From Octopus vulgaris (lineage: Eukaryota), in NCBI GenBank assembly GCA_951406725.2, contig OX597815.1:80538001-80602000 (forward strand): DNA of 64,000 nt, in the 5' to 3' direction. The notes below the pieces were generated by a model. That model had not been told where the DNA came from and searched no databases. It was given only the letters and a program-made list of their open reading frames with translations. The translations under genes and the position numbers were made by a program. Positions 26,175 to 37,862 of this stretch are shown here, one piece after another; the stretch's first letter is position 1; every line of letters starts with the position of its first letter.

Positions 26175-26585
26175 CTTTACTCTTTTTATTCTTTTACTTG
26201 TTTCAGTCATTTGACTGCGGCCATGTTGGAGCACTGCCTTTAGTCGAGCAAATCGACCCCGGGACTTATTCTTTGTAAGCCCAGTACTTATTCTATCGGT
26301 CTCTTTGCCGAACCGCTAAGTGACGGGGACGTAAACATACTAGCATCGGTTGTCAATCAATGCTAGGGGGGACAAACACACACACACATACACACACATA
26401 TATATATATATATACATATATACGACAGGCTTCTTTCAGTTTCCGTCTACCAAATCCACTCACAAGGCATTGGTCGGCCCGGGGCTATAGCAGAAGACAC
26501 TTGCCCAAGGTGCCACGCAGCGGGACTGAACCCGGAACATGTGGTTGGTTAGCAAGCTACTTACAACACAGCCACTCCTGCGCCT
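26175..26585 (-). mobile_element. Full-length SINE family B
   Basis: Minus strand reads AGGCGCAGGAGTGGCTGTGTTGTAAG head, GGTTCAGTCCC B-box, GGCACCTTGGGCAAGTGTCTT CORE-like segment, and tail CATGGCCGCAGTCAAATGACTGAAACAAGTAAAAGAATAAAAAGAG. Confidence 0.9.
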
Positions 26586-26941
26586 ATACTTTTATACTTC
26601 TTTCCTAAATGCATAAGTTTGTGCCAACGTCAAAAAGTAATATTATTGGTAGTCTTTGAATTCTTTTTTGCATTCAGGTGATGAAAGGACAGAAGTGGTA
26701 GTGCCGTCCTAAATGCCCTGTTGTTCTTACTCTCTTTTCGTTCTGTATCGAAATTCAACACGAATCTTTATACGTTATATTCCTGTAGTATATCTAAATG
26801 ACTATACCTTCACATAAATGTTGTGATCTTGTGCCTATGCTACAAATCATTCAAGCTATTAGAAACTCGGTGATGTAGTAGAACAAACAGACTATTGAAC
26901 AAAATGCTTTACAATATTGTTTCAATATTCTAAGTTATCTA

Positions 26942-28568
26942 ATGCGGCTAGTTGGCAGCATCGTTAGCACGCCGGACAAAATGCATAGAGGCATTTCGTC
27001 CGTCCTAAAGTTTTGAGTTCAAATTATGCCGAGGTCGACTTTGCCTTTAATCCTGCGGTGGCAGATAAAATAAGTAGCAGTTGAGAACTGGGGCCGATGT
27101 AATCGACTTGTCCCTCCCCTGAAATAGCTGGCCTTGTGCAAAAACTTGAAATCAGTATTCTAGGTTCTGAGTTTAAGCCCTGTCATGATCGATGAAGCTT
27201 TCATCTTCTCGGTGTCGAATGAGATACAAATGAAGCACAGGGACTGATATTAGACTGTTACCCTCCAGTGAAATATGTAATATGACATGTAAATCAGTTA
27301 TAATTATTAAGGACGCTAGAAAAGCCGAAATGGTAGAATGCTACACTTATTTCACTATCACATTCTCAGTTCAAATAAACACGAGCCTGACACTGATTTT
27401 CTTTTTGCCTCTATTTTATCGAGACCGGTGTGATGAAATGCTAAGTTGGTCACATCGAGATTTCGACTCAGGACGTAAAGGCTAAGAACGAATTATGTAA
27501 AGCACTTTTTCCGACATACATGTAGCTCACTGATTTGCAAGGTTTCTGATTTAGGTACAGAACCGGCAATTTTGAGGGCAGTGGATGAACTCAATGCCAT
27601 CGATCACAGTACATTTCTGATAATGTGCCAGTCAAGTACTCTGGCTACTAGTCTTGATAGTCCGTCTCTACCTCATAATTGCTGACCTTGTGCCCAAATC
27701 AGAAATCAATACTAATTCTAATTTTGGCTCAAAGCCAGCAATTTTTGAGAGGAGCGGTTAGTCAAATGGCACTTATTTTATCAGCACCGAAAGTCGAAAT
27801 TTGAACTCAGAACAAAATACAATAATGGGTTCAAATTTTAGCACAAGGCCAGCAAGTAAGTCGATTACTTTGTCTCCCGGGGCTCGACTGGTACTTGTTT
27901 TATCAACCTCGAAAGGGCGAAAGGCAAAGCTGACCTTAGATGAATTTGAACTCAGAACGTAAAGATTGATGACATGTCTCTAAGCATTTTGTCCGGTGTG
28001 CTAACGTTAATGCCAGCTCGCCGCCCTTGGACTACTCAACCTGAAGAAAATTCTAACTGGGTCCCACCTGCAAGGTCATGCGCTGTTTATCTTCATATCA
28101 GATCACCATGTCGCGAGCATGTGGTTGTAATACATGTACTTGTGTACCCTTATCAGACGGGTAGTCATGATGGGCATATTGGGCTTCGTATAACTGTACT
28201 CAAGTTTCACTTTGATGGCATGCGCTGCTCTCTCAATAATAATAATGATCATTTCTATTAAAGGCACAAAGCCTGAAATTTGTTGGGCGGGGACTGGTCG
28301 AATACATCGACCCCACGGAGCAACTGGCAAGCATTTCGTTCAGTGTGCTAACGAGCAATGATAATAATAATCCTTACTACTATATGCACAAGGCTTGAAA
28401 TTTTAGAGGAGGGGGTTCATCGATTACATCGATCTCAGTGAGTAACTGGTACTTAATTTCTCGACCCCGAAAAGATAAAAAGCGAAGTCCGACCTCGGCG
28501 GAATTTCAACTCAGAACCTAGCAATGGGCGGAAATACCGCTAAGCATTTCCTCAAGTGTGCTAACGAT
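26942..28568. mobile_element. Dense cluster of family A SINE copies and fragments (26942-27160 plus; 27540-28025 and 28250-28568 minus) plus a short (AAT)-tailed retroposon fragment at ~28030-28245
   Basis: Repeated GGCACAAGGCC tails, central domains and B-boxes. Confidence 0.75.
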
Positions 28569-28600
28569 TAATAATAATCATAATAATAATAATAATAATG

Positions 28601-28645
<45 letters not shown>

Positions 28646-28705
28646 GTAATTGTTATTATTATCATTATTATTATCGTTATTATCATCATCATCATCATTA
28701 TTAAA

Positions 28706-28765
<60 letters not shown>

Positions 28766-28790
28766 ATTATCAATATTATTATTAATATAA
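28565..28790. repeat. (AAT)n switching to (ATT)n microsatellite
   Basis: AAT repeats run to ~28648, then ATT/ATC repeats to ~28790. Confidence 0.9.
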
Positions 28791-28959
28791 TGATATCTAA
28801 CATGGACACCATGCCACACATTTTCTGTGAGGGGCTTATTCCATTAAATTTGTGTGTGTTTGTGTGCTTTCGTGTGCATGCATTTATACACATTATATAC
28901 ACCAACTAATACATACTAATACATACTAATACATACTAATACATACTAATACATACACC

Positions 28960-29345
28960 AACCCTATACATACACACGTCCAGACCTCTCATACGCACTA
29001 ATACTCTCTCATACACACACACACACACACACACACCCTTATGTTGGAGTAGGTCATTCAACCCTATTATCTCCCCTAATTTCGCTCTCGCGTCTCATGT
29101 TTGATCTTTGACTTCTGGCCGAAATCAGATCGCCATGTTGATTCGTTAGTTACTGCACGCATTTTTTTCTCTCCTTCTTTCTGTGTTTTTTTTTTCTCTG
29201 TGTATCTTTCTGTTGAAGAGCGTAGGCTCGAAACGTTAAAGACTTGTTTTATTTATATTTCCTGAGCGCCATACTAATACAATTGTTTGTTTGTTTTCCA
29301 CCTGCCTTCGTCTTTTGTCTATTTTCATAAAGCTTCCCGTTATAT
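28960..29345 (+). mobile_element. Non-coding Penelope-like remnant carrying a minimal hammerhead-like motif
   Basis: Pyrimidine-rich segment containing TCTTT-CTGTTGAA-GAGC-GTAG-GCTC-GAAA-CGTT-AAAGA at 29205-29242, ending in a (TA)n tract. Confidence 0.5.
29205..29242 (+). ncRNA. Candidate minimal type I hammerhead ribozyme (PLE type, core variant)
   Basis: Stem I TCTTT/AAAGA, stem II GAGC/GCTC, GAAA, palindromic stem III AACGTT. The core reads CUGUUGA(A) rather than CUGANGA. Confidence 0.5.
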
Positions 29346-29465
29346 AAATACATATATAGACACACATATATACACATATTTACATATATATAAATACACA
29401 CGTTTATATATATATAAATCTATATATACATACATATATGTATATACATATGTATACATATATGC

Positions 29466-29512
<47 letters not shown>

Positions 29513-29557
29513 TATATGTGTGTGTGTGTGTGCATATGTATATATATATATATATAC

Positions 29558-29594
<37 letters not shown>

Positions 29595-32500
29595 TATGTA
29601 TATATATATACATATATGAATATTTACATATATACAAATATATATATAATGATATAAACACGCGTATATGCATACACTCACATATACCGGCCGTCTGTGA
29701 CAAAACGGTCAAGAACCAAGAAACGGGCAATTGCAAAAACAACTATAAAAATTATCCCAATTTGTTCACCTTATTATGTGTCACAGGTTGTTATACAATG
29801 AATAGTTGAACACTTTTCAAGATCATATCTCTAGTATGTATAAAGCATGGTCCAATGAATTCAAAATGTCATTCTCCAGCAAAACACAGGAAGTTGACTT
29901 ACTGTGTTTTCTTGGAGGACGGTAGTATACACGTTAATAGATACGCATATATTCTACACAATGCATCTTAATTCGTGTAAACATGAGCCCAAGTTTTCTG
30001 AGAGTGTTTGACGACAAAAGATTTAAGCTAAAGTTTTTTGTGTTGTAACTATATCTAAGTGGAAAAAATGGGTGTTCGGAAGTGAAGAACAACGTAAGAA
30101 AACAAAAGACATAATTGCGCGCGCACGTAAATTTTTTTTATGCGTCAGTCATACATAACATCATAAAATATACAAAAGCATGCTGTGGGAAGTACAAATT
30201 GTTGACCTTCCTACACTGACTGACAATGAGCAACCAAACACTAATTGCCAGAAGAGTTTAACACAGGTGCTCAATATCAGTAATATTCCTTAAAAACTAT
30301 TACTAGCTTTATAGCAACATGCTCGGAAATGTGCTGGAAAGAGATTTCATAGAACATGGCAGAAGCTGTGTTTTGGGGTTTTTTTCCTTAATTTTATTTC
30401 TTTTTATATTTTATGTTTTAAATATATATATTTTTTATAGGATAGAGTATTTATTGGTAAGATGCTTTCAATAATGAGAGTTGGTAGTAAGAATTGTTCC
30501 GCTTCACATAAAAAAAGCAATAAGCGAGTAGAGATCTAAGACTTCAGAGGTTGGAATCTTGCTTAAAAAGAAGAAAAACAAACAAAACAAAACAAAAAAG
30601 GGTCTCGTTGAAAATTCTTAGGGCCGTTAAAATTTCATCAGGCGTCCGTTTAATGTACACCCCTTAATAATAAACACATGTTTTATCTCTACCCGTACCT
30701 CTTTTTATACTTAGGCAAATGGGAACACGAGAGGTTTCATTGTTTTCTTTTCTGTTTTGGTTTATCATTTTTTTTATTAATTGCTACTTTTGTTTTTTTA
30801 ATATATTATCAAGAAATATCCCTTTTATTGTCTAGGAAGGAAAGGTTGCTCTACTCAAAACGTCGACACTACCCTATCCACACACCACATAAAATTATCC
30901 CACTTTAAGTAATTAATTAATTATTGTTTTCACGATGCACAACAACAGTAGTTTCTTTTGGACTTCGTTTCAATCAACACTTTATTGATTATTTTTTTGT
31001 TGTTGTAATTTAACCTAATATCGCCTTAATCCAAGAATATTATGATCAAATACATAACAGCTATGACCATCCCATACTTTTATCAGATTCAGTGTACATA
31101 TAACTACCAAATTCAATTTGGTCTTTTGTTTTTTAGATAGTAGACTGTTGTTTGAAGGAAATTATGTTGCTGTACCTCCCATTCCGAGCCATCGCACCTA
31201 GAGGCTGTCTTATTTGTTTGTCTGTTGGATGGATAAATTTTACATTTGAATTAGCGGTTGGTTAACGAATAAGCTAGAGAGATACGATTGGCAGAATTAT
31301 TAGAGATCCAAACAAAATGTCTTGCCATGTTTCTTCTGTCGTTTGACTTATTTTAGTTCAACGTCGCCTTCTCTAGGTCCATAAAATAATGTATTAGCCA
31401 AGTGTCCACTCAGACTCGTCCTCTCAAAATTGCAAATATTGGACTTGCACTGGAAACAAAGATGATCACTGAGTGCACGTGCGATAAGTTGGCTTAGTCG
31501 TTAAAAGGTCATGAAAAATGTTTTTGTGATTACTTAGTTACAATCCTTTATGTTCTGAGTTTGAATACCACGTAGGCCAATTTTGACTTCCATTTATCGA
31601 AAAGATTGAAGTACTATTGACGTATTTGGAGTGATGTAATCGACTAGTCCCGGCTCCAAATTTTCAGGCCTTGTGCATAAATGACAATTTATTTATTGAT
31701 GTTCAACATAGATTTAATACTCCAAACAAATATATCACTCCATTTCTCTTGCACAGCTAAAACTTTCGCAAATGGAATAAATGAAAGGAGTTACAAGCTA
31801 TTACTGTACTCAAAATATGTTGGTGGACTCACAAAATTCACTGCAGAACACAAATGCTGAATACAGTAAGAAACAAACGAATAATCATCTGGACACAAAG
31901 TTCCTGCAAGGCATGATAAGAGTTCTTAATTAGAATGGTTGCATTTTCATAATTCACAGAGTAAATGAAACAAAGTAACCTTAAATACGAAATGAAAACT
32001 TAATCATAGATATAATAGGAAAAGAGATCAGGAAAGTTTGGTGACATAGGATGTACAGAAAATACAATCGAAGAAGAAAATTTAGCAATATTTCAACTTG
32101 GAAAAAATATCCCAAACTGGTGATGTTTTTATCTCGCCCAAGGCGATATCAAGCAAGCAAAATCGATATCTAGTACCAAATTTGTGCCAGTTGTTATCTC
32201 AAGTTGTCATTTCAGATATAATGTACGTACATTATTTCATATATATTTCTCTTCATATATATTTCTCCCAAAATGGTGGTAATTGATTGTTTGTTGTGTT
32301 TCTATAGGGTATGTGTTCTATAAATGCTCATAACGCATCTTATACTTGTAGCATTTAGTAGCACAGCAATCGTTTTGGTTTCATGTTGCACGAACGATTG
32401 TTGTGCTAATAAAGGGTTATTGTTACGTTCCATCTTCTCTATTAATCTTTAAAATATACCCTACGTGCACCCTGGAATTTCTGGACCCAGATCCAACGAC

Positions 32501-32648
32501 TAATGCAAAGTATCGCTGATACCGCCTGACAGCCATAAGTCGTGAACGTGTTCCGCACACACTACCTGGGACTTACTCTGAAACAAGGTTTGGATACAGC
32601 ATTTAATGCCTACTTTCTAAACCTTAATTCTTTAGCTTTAAATTCGAC

Positions 32649-32704
<56 letters not shown>

Positions 32705-33238
32705 TATATGCATTTGTATATACATATATATATATATATATAGATAGATAGATAGATAGATAGGTAGATATACATATATGTGTGTGTATTTTTATATATG
32801 TGTGCCTACATACACAACATTATACATAAATCCATGTTTCGTACTTAACTGGTACGCTCTATAAAGAAGAGATATAGAAATCACTGATTTTATATCTTAA
32901 TGACCCTATCAGATTATAGTCTGGACACCTGATAACATCGTAACATGGCGTCTCTCCTTTACTCCGTTGCAAACTAGCGAAGCAAAATGTCATCTTTAAT
33001 TTAATCTACTAAAAATTTCCTTTGACTTCACCACCGAAGTAATTTCGCACGAACACTTATTCGTTCGCATTCATAAACATAAATCATAAACTACACATGA
33101 ACGTATGTAACCACGCTCAACACATAGAAGCACATACAGACACATATATGCACACATATACTTGCATGTATGTATGTATGTATGTATGTATGTATGTATG
33201 CATGCATGCATGTATGTATATATGTATGTATGTATGCA

Positions 33239-33302
<64 letters not shown>

Positions 33303-33436
33303 TGCAATGTAGTCTTCTTGAGTTACATCCTCGGGTTTTAATAAATGGTTACACAATATCTCTGAAAGTTGGTAGTAAGATATAAATTATAGAATCACAT
33401 ACACATTCACGACTATAAACAAATACTCTCACACAC

Positions 33437-33502
<66 letters not shown>

Positions 33503-33523
33503 ATATCTATCTATCTATCTATT

Positions 33524-33571
<48 letters not shown>

Positions 33572-35668
33572 TACACACGGACGCAATAGTTAATGTTACG
33601 AACTGAAGGAGTTCTCAAACCGATTCTGTTCTATGGATTGTTAATTATTTGCTCGGTATCTTATGAAGTTGATAGCAATGATTTCGTACCGCCGATGTAT
33701 TTGCTACATACTTGCAAGAAGTATCTTTTACTGTAGACTTGGGTCGACCTATGCCTTTGGAATGCAATAGATTAACCGAAAACGGTGTGGAAACCTGTCG
33801 GTTGCTGAGAAAATATTTGTGCTGAGAAGATATTTTTCGGTTTTACATACGTAAGCATCTATGCATGCGACTACCGTTACTACGTGTGTGCTGTGTAAAT
33901 ATGTTAGCATGTGTGTGAGTGTTTGTGCTCGTTCGTGTATCTTGTGCCTATATATTGCTGATATTGTTTAATCATAAGACATCTCAGATCGAGATGACCT
34001 ATGTAAAAAAACTTTTATCTAAGATGTCATTAAATGATCTGAGTCTTTTGGCTATTTATTTTAAGCAGTTCTAATGATCAAGTGTAGCTTCTCGTTGGCT
34101 TGGCTTGCTATTATCAATATATCTGAGGAGTGAGAGCTGAAATAGCTAGTGATGTTTTTGTTTGAGGCACAAGACCTGCAATTTTGTTGAAGATTAGTTG
34201 ATTAAATCAAGCCCAGTGCGTAAACCTTAGCGATACGTGGGGTATGAAAAGCAAAGTTGACCACAGCGGGGTTCCAACTCAGCACGTAAAAGACGGGAAT
34301 AAATACCACAAGGCATTTTCCGTGGTGCACCACTGAGTTCCGCCAATCCCCAATTCTTTCGAATATGCCACTGTTTGTAAGGTACGTGTAATTACTTCCT
34401 AGAGAATTTTTATGGTTTGAAATCTCATAGTGTTCATTAGATTCTGATACGAAATTCGTTTCTCAAGTGTTCATTTGTTTGTCTTAGAAAGATGTAACGC
34501 ATTTATATGTATGTATCATTAAATGTTACCAGATTGTCCCTAAAGAAGATGAGACGATAGCGAACATATGCTGTTTAACCTCTAGGTCATCCCTGATTGA
34601 GCAAATACCTATTATAAAAGGCACTCCAACTGAGAAAGTTTCATTTTTGTTTTCGAATATATGGGTATGCGAGACTACCTTTTAAGGCAGGAATATCTGA
34701 TTTGAGGGAGATTTGGATGCGAATTCTGAGACCCAATAGATCGACCACAGAGAAAGCTTCCTTTCTGGTCGTGAAAACTTCACCGATGGAAGCGATGTAT
34801 GCATAGCAGGAGTTGTTCAGAAGAGGTGATGGTCGTTATTATTAACTTAAAACACCGGAAGACAATGGCTGGAGGGGAGGGGCGGTTGTCTAAGAAGTGA
34901 ATGAAAATTACTATTCTCATATTCTTGTATGCATTTAAGATTGTGAGATATCATAATTTTTGAATCTTAAAAGCCTTGCAGAATGTCTTCCGGCTGTCTA
35001 TGTTCTGAGTTCAAATCACATCAATGTCAATTCCGACTTTAATCCTTTCAGGGCCGATAGAATAAAGTACCAGTAAAGTAGTGGACTCAATGATATCCAC
35101 TTAGCCCCTCCTTTCAACATTTCAGGCATTGTACCTAATAGAGAAATCATTAATCTGTGATTTGTCTATTAGTGGAAGGAAAAATCCTTGGCGCATATTT
35201 TCAGGTCTATTTTTGTCCCAAGCAGTTAGTTATAATGTGTCACTTCTAGCTTATTTGTTGTGTTTGTGTATGTATTTGTGGCAGTAAACATTTGGTTAGT
35301 GCATGCATGTTTGCTCGCTTCTGTGTATTTTGTGATTCTGTAAGTTGAAAAACTTAATGTTTGTGTGAAGAAATTTTTGCAAAGAAAAATAAAACCAATT
35401 CCCCAAGTGAATAAGGCTGCCTATGTTTGCTTGTCTAAAGTATGCAAATATGTGTGTGTGTGTGCGTGCATGTGTGTGTGTTTGTGTGTATGTGTGTGTG
35501 CTATTGTGACTCTCTGTGAGATTGCATGTGTGCGCGCGAGTATATGTTTCATAGTAATTTGTTTACTTTATCCAAATAACCGGAAACGATGCTGGGTGTT
35601 TCCGGTAGTTAACCTCGAACACGATGGGGGGATGAGATATAATTTTGAAATATATCGTGATATTGCCC

Positions 35669-35728
<60 letters not shown>

Positions 35729-36504
35729 CTCACACATGGGTTGAGCCGGTCTCCTCATATTCTATATTGATGATCATAAGCCAGTTATGCTTTAGTTTTA
35801 TTTTACTCTTTTTATTTATTTTATGTTTTATCTCCTTTTCATTCATTCAGAATGTTCTAGATACATTTTCGGTCGTCTGAATTTCACCATATTGCCCTAT
35901 TCATGTCTCTCCATTCACTTCTCTCGATATGCCATGCGAATATTTTGAACGAATGTTTCCTCGATATGTTCTCAGATAACACTGATATACAAAGTTATAT
36001 CTTAATTTCACCGCGTAAATAGCTAGAATGGCGTCCAAAATATTTTGCAATGTAGTTATGTCCCTTTAGTTTCTGAGTTCAAATCCCGCCAAGATCTAAT
36101 TTCACCTTTTCCGTCTAGTACTGGGACCAATACAAGCGAGTGTTCGTTCCTACAAAATTATTGCCTTGTACCTATGCTAAATTTTTTTTATAAAATTAGA
36201 GGTCGTGAGGTATAATAGTCACGTTAATTAATATTAACCCGCATTCAAATGGTTTTACTATGTGGTTTGCGATAATACGAATCGGTGCTCTTGATTTCTA
36301 ACATGGCTGCTAATTTTGGCGAGTCTTGCATATTCGATAATGTCGACCATATAGTTGGTTGCTATTGTTAATTCCTCAATAATAAAAGGTAAACTTAACT
36401 TTACGGAATTCAAACTCAGGAGGTAACTAATGGTAACTGAATATCGTATATTCGACAATTCTATTAATCTACCGGTCTTTACAAACCGATATTAATAACA
36501 CTAA

Positions 36505-36695
36505 GGCAGAAACGTTAGCACGCCGAACGAAATGCTATCGGTATTTCGTCCGCCTTTACATTGAGTTCAAATTCTGCTGGAGTTGTCTTTGCGGGGTCGA
36601 TAAATGAACTACCAGTTGAGTATTGGGGACGATTTAATCGACTATCCCCCTACCCTAAATTTCTGGCCAATTGTGCCTAAGGCAGAAAGGATTAT
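36505..36695 (+). mobile_element. SINE family A with (ATT)n tail
   Basis: GGCAGAAACGTTAGCACGCCG...GAGTTCAAATTC...TTGTGCCTAAGGCAGAAAGGATTATT. Confidence 0.8.
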
Positions 36696-36718
36696 TATTT
36701 TTATTATTATCATCATCA

Positions 36719-36755
<37 letters not shown>

Positions 36756-36849
36756 CATCATCATCATCATCATCATCATAATTATCATCATCATTATCAT
36801 CATCATCATCATTATTATTATTATTATTTATTTATTTTTTTTATTTTTT

Positions 36850-37576
36850 TTTTTTTTCCTTCTTCAAATTTTCTTCCATTTCTCGCCGAGTGTTTTCCGT
36901 ACACATAGGGCAGAGAAGCTCATTGTTTGCATTCCCAGGTTACACACGCAAATTCACAGGTAAAATGTGTATTTAAAAAATAAATAAATAAATAAATTCC
37001 TGAATGGATGTTGTTTTCACAGCGATAATGCTCTTCTCAGTACATGAGTCGTTCCAGTTATCACGATCTTTTGCGCTTCCTGTTGGGATGGTAAGCCTGG
37101 TAACATTTTAAATAGGTTTCAGTACCTTTTTTTTTTTATCATTCCTAGAGATCCTACAATAACTGGTACTGTAGTCACCTTGAGATGCCACATTTTTTCA
37201 ATTTCTAATAGCAAGTCTTTATATTTACTGATCTTGTCAAATTCTTTCGCCTTTATATTGTGATCGCAAGGAATACACATGTCAATTAATAAACACACCT
37301 TTTTTGTCTGATCTTTTATAATATCCGGTTTACTAGATTTTTATAGTTTTGACGGTATGTACGGGGAAGTCCCAGAGAATCGACACATTTTCTCCCTCAG
37401 TCACAGCTTCAGGATGGTGTTTATACCATTTGTCAGCGGCTTTGAGTTGATAATGCCGACATATTGTCCAGTGTAAATACTGGTCAACTCTGTCATGTCT
37501 TGCTTTATATTCTACAGGTGCTAAGTCTCTAAGCTTTGGTCTTGAGCAGCTGATATGAAACTTTCACTCTCTGCTT
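36850..37576 (-). mobile_element. R4/Dong-like RLE retrotransposon 3' fragment
   Basis: Minus strand reads ESESFISAAQDQSL / LAPVEYKARHDRVDQYLHWTICRHY...WYKHHPEAVTEGENVSILWDFPVHT...KPDII...CLLIDM...KEFDKISKYKDLLLEIEKMWHLKVTTVPVIVGSLG...QKIVITGTTHVLRRALSL*. It is flanked on both sides by (ATT/ATC)n tracts. Confidence 0.9.
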
Positions 37577-37582
37577 TTATTA

Positions 37583-37648
<66 letters not shown>

Positions 37649-37649
<1 letters not shown>

Positions 37650-37862
37650 GAGGCGAGCTGACAGAATCGTTAACACACCAAGGAAAATGCTTAGCGGTAT
37701 TTCGTCAGTGTTTACGTTCTGAGTTCAAATTCCACCATGGTCGACTTTGCTTTTCATCCTTTCGGAGTCGATGAAATAAGTACCTGTAACGTACTGGTGT
37801 CGATGTAATCGACTAGTTCCCTTCCCCAAAATTTCAATCCTTGTGCCTAGAGTAGCAACTAT
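37649..37862 (+). mobile_element. SINE family A
   Basis: GGCGAGCTGACAGAATCGTTAAC...TTTTCATCCTTTCGGAGTCGATGAAATAAGTACC. Confidence 0.85.
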
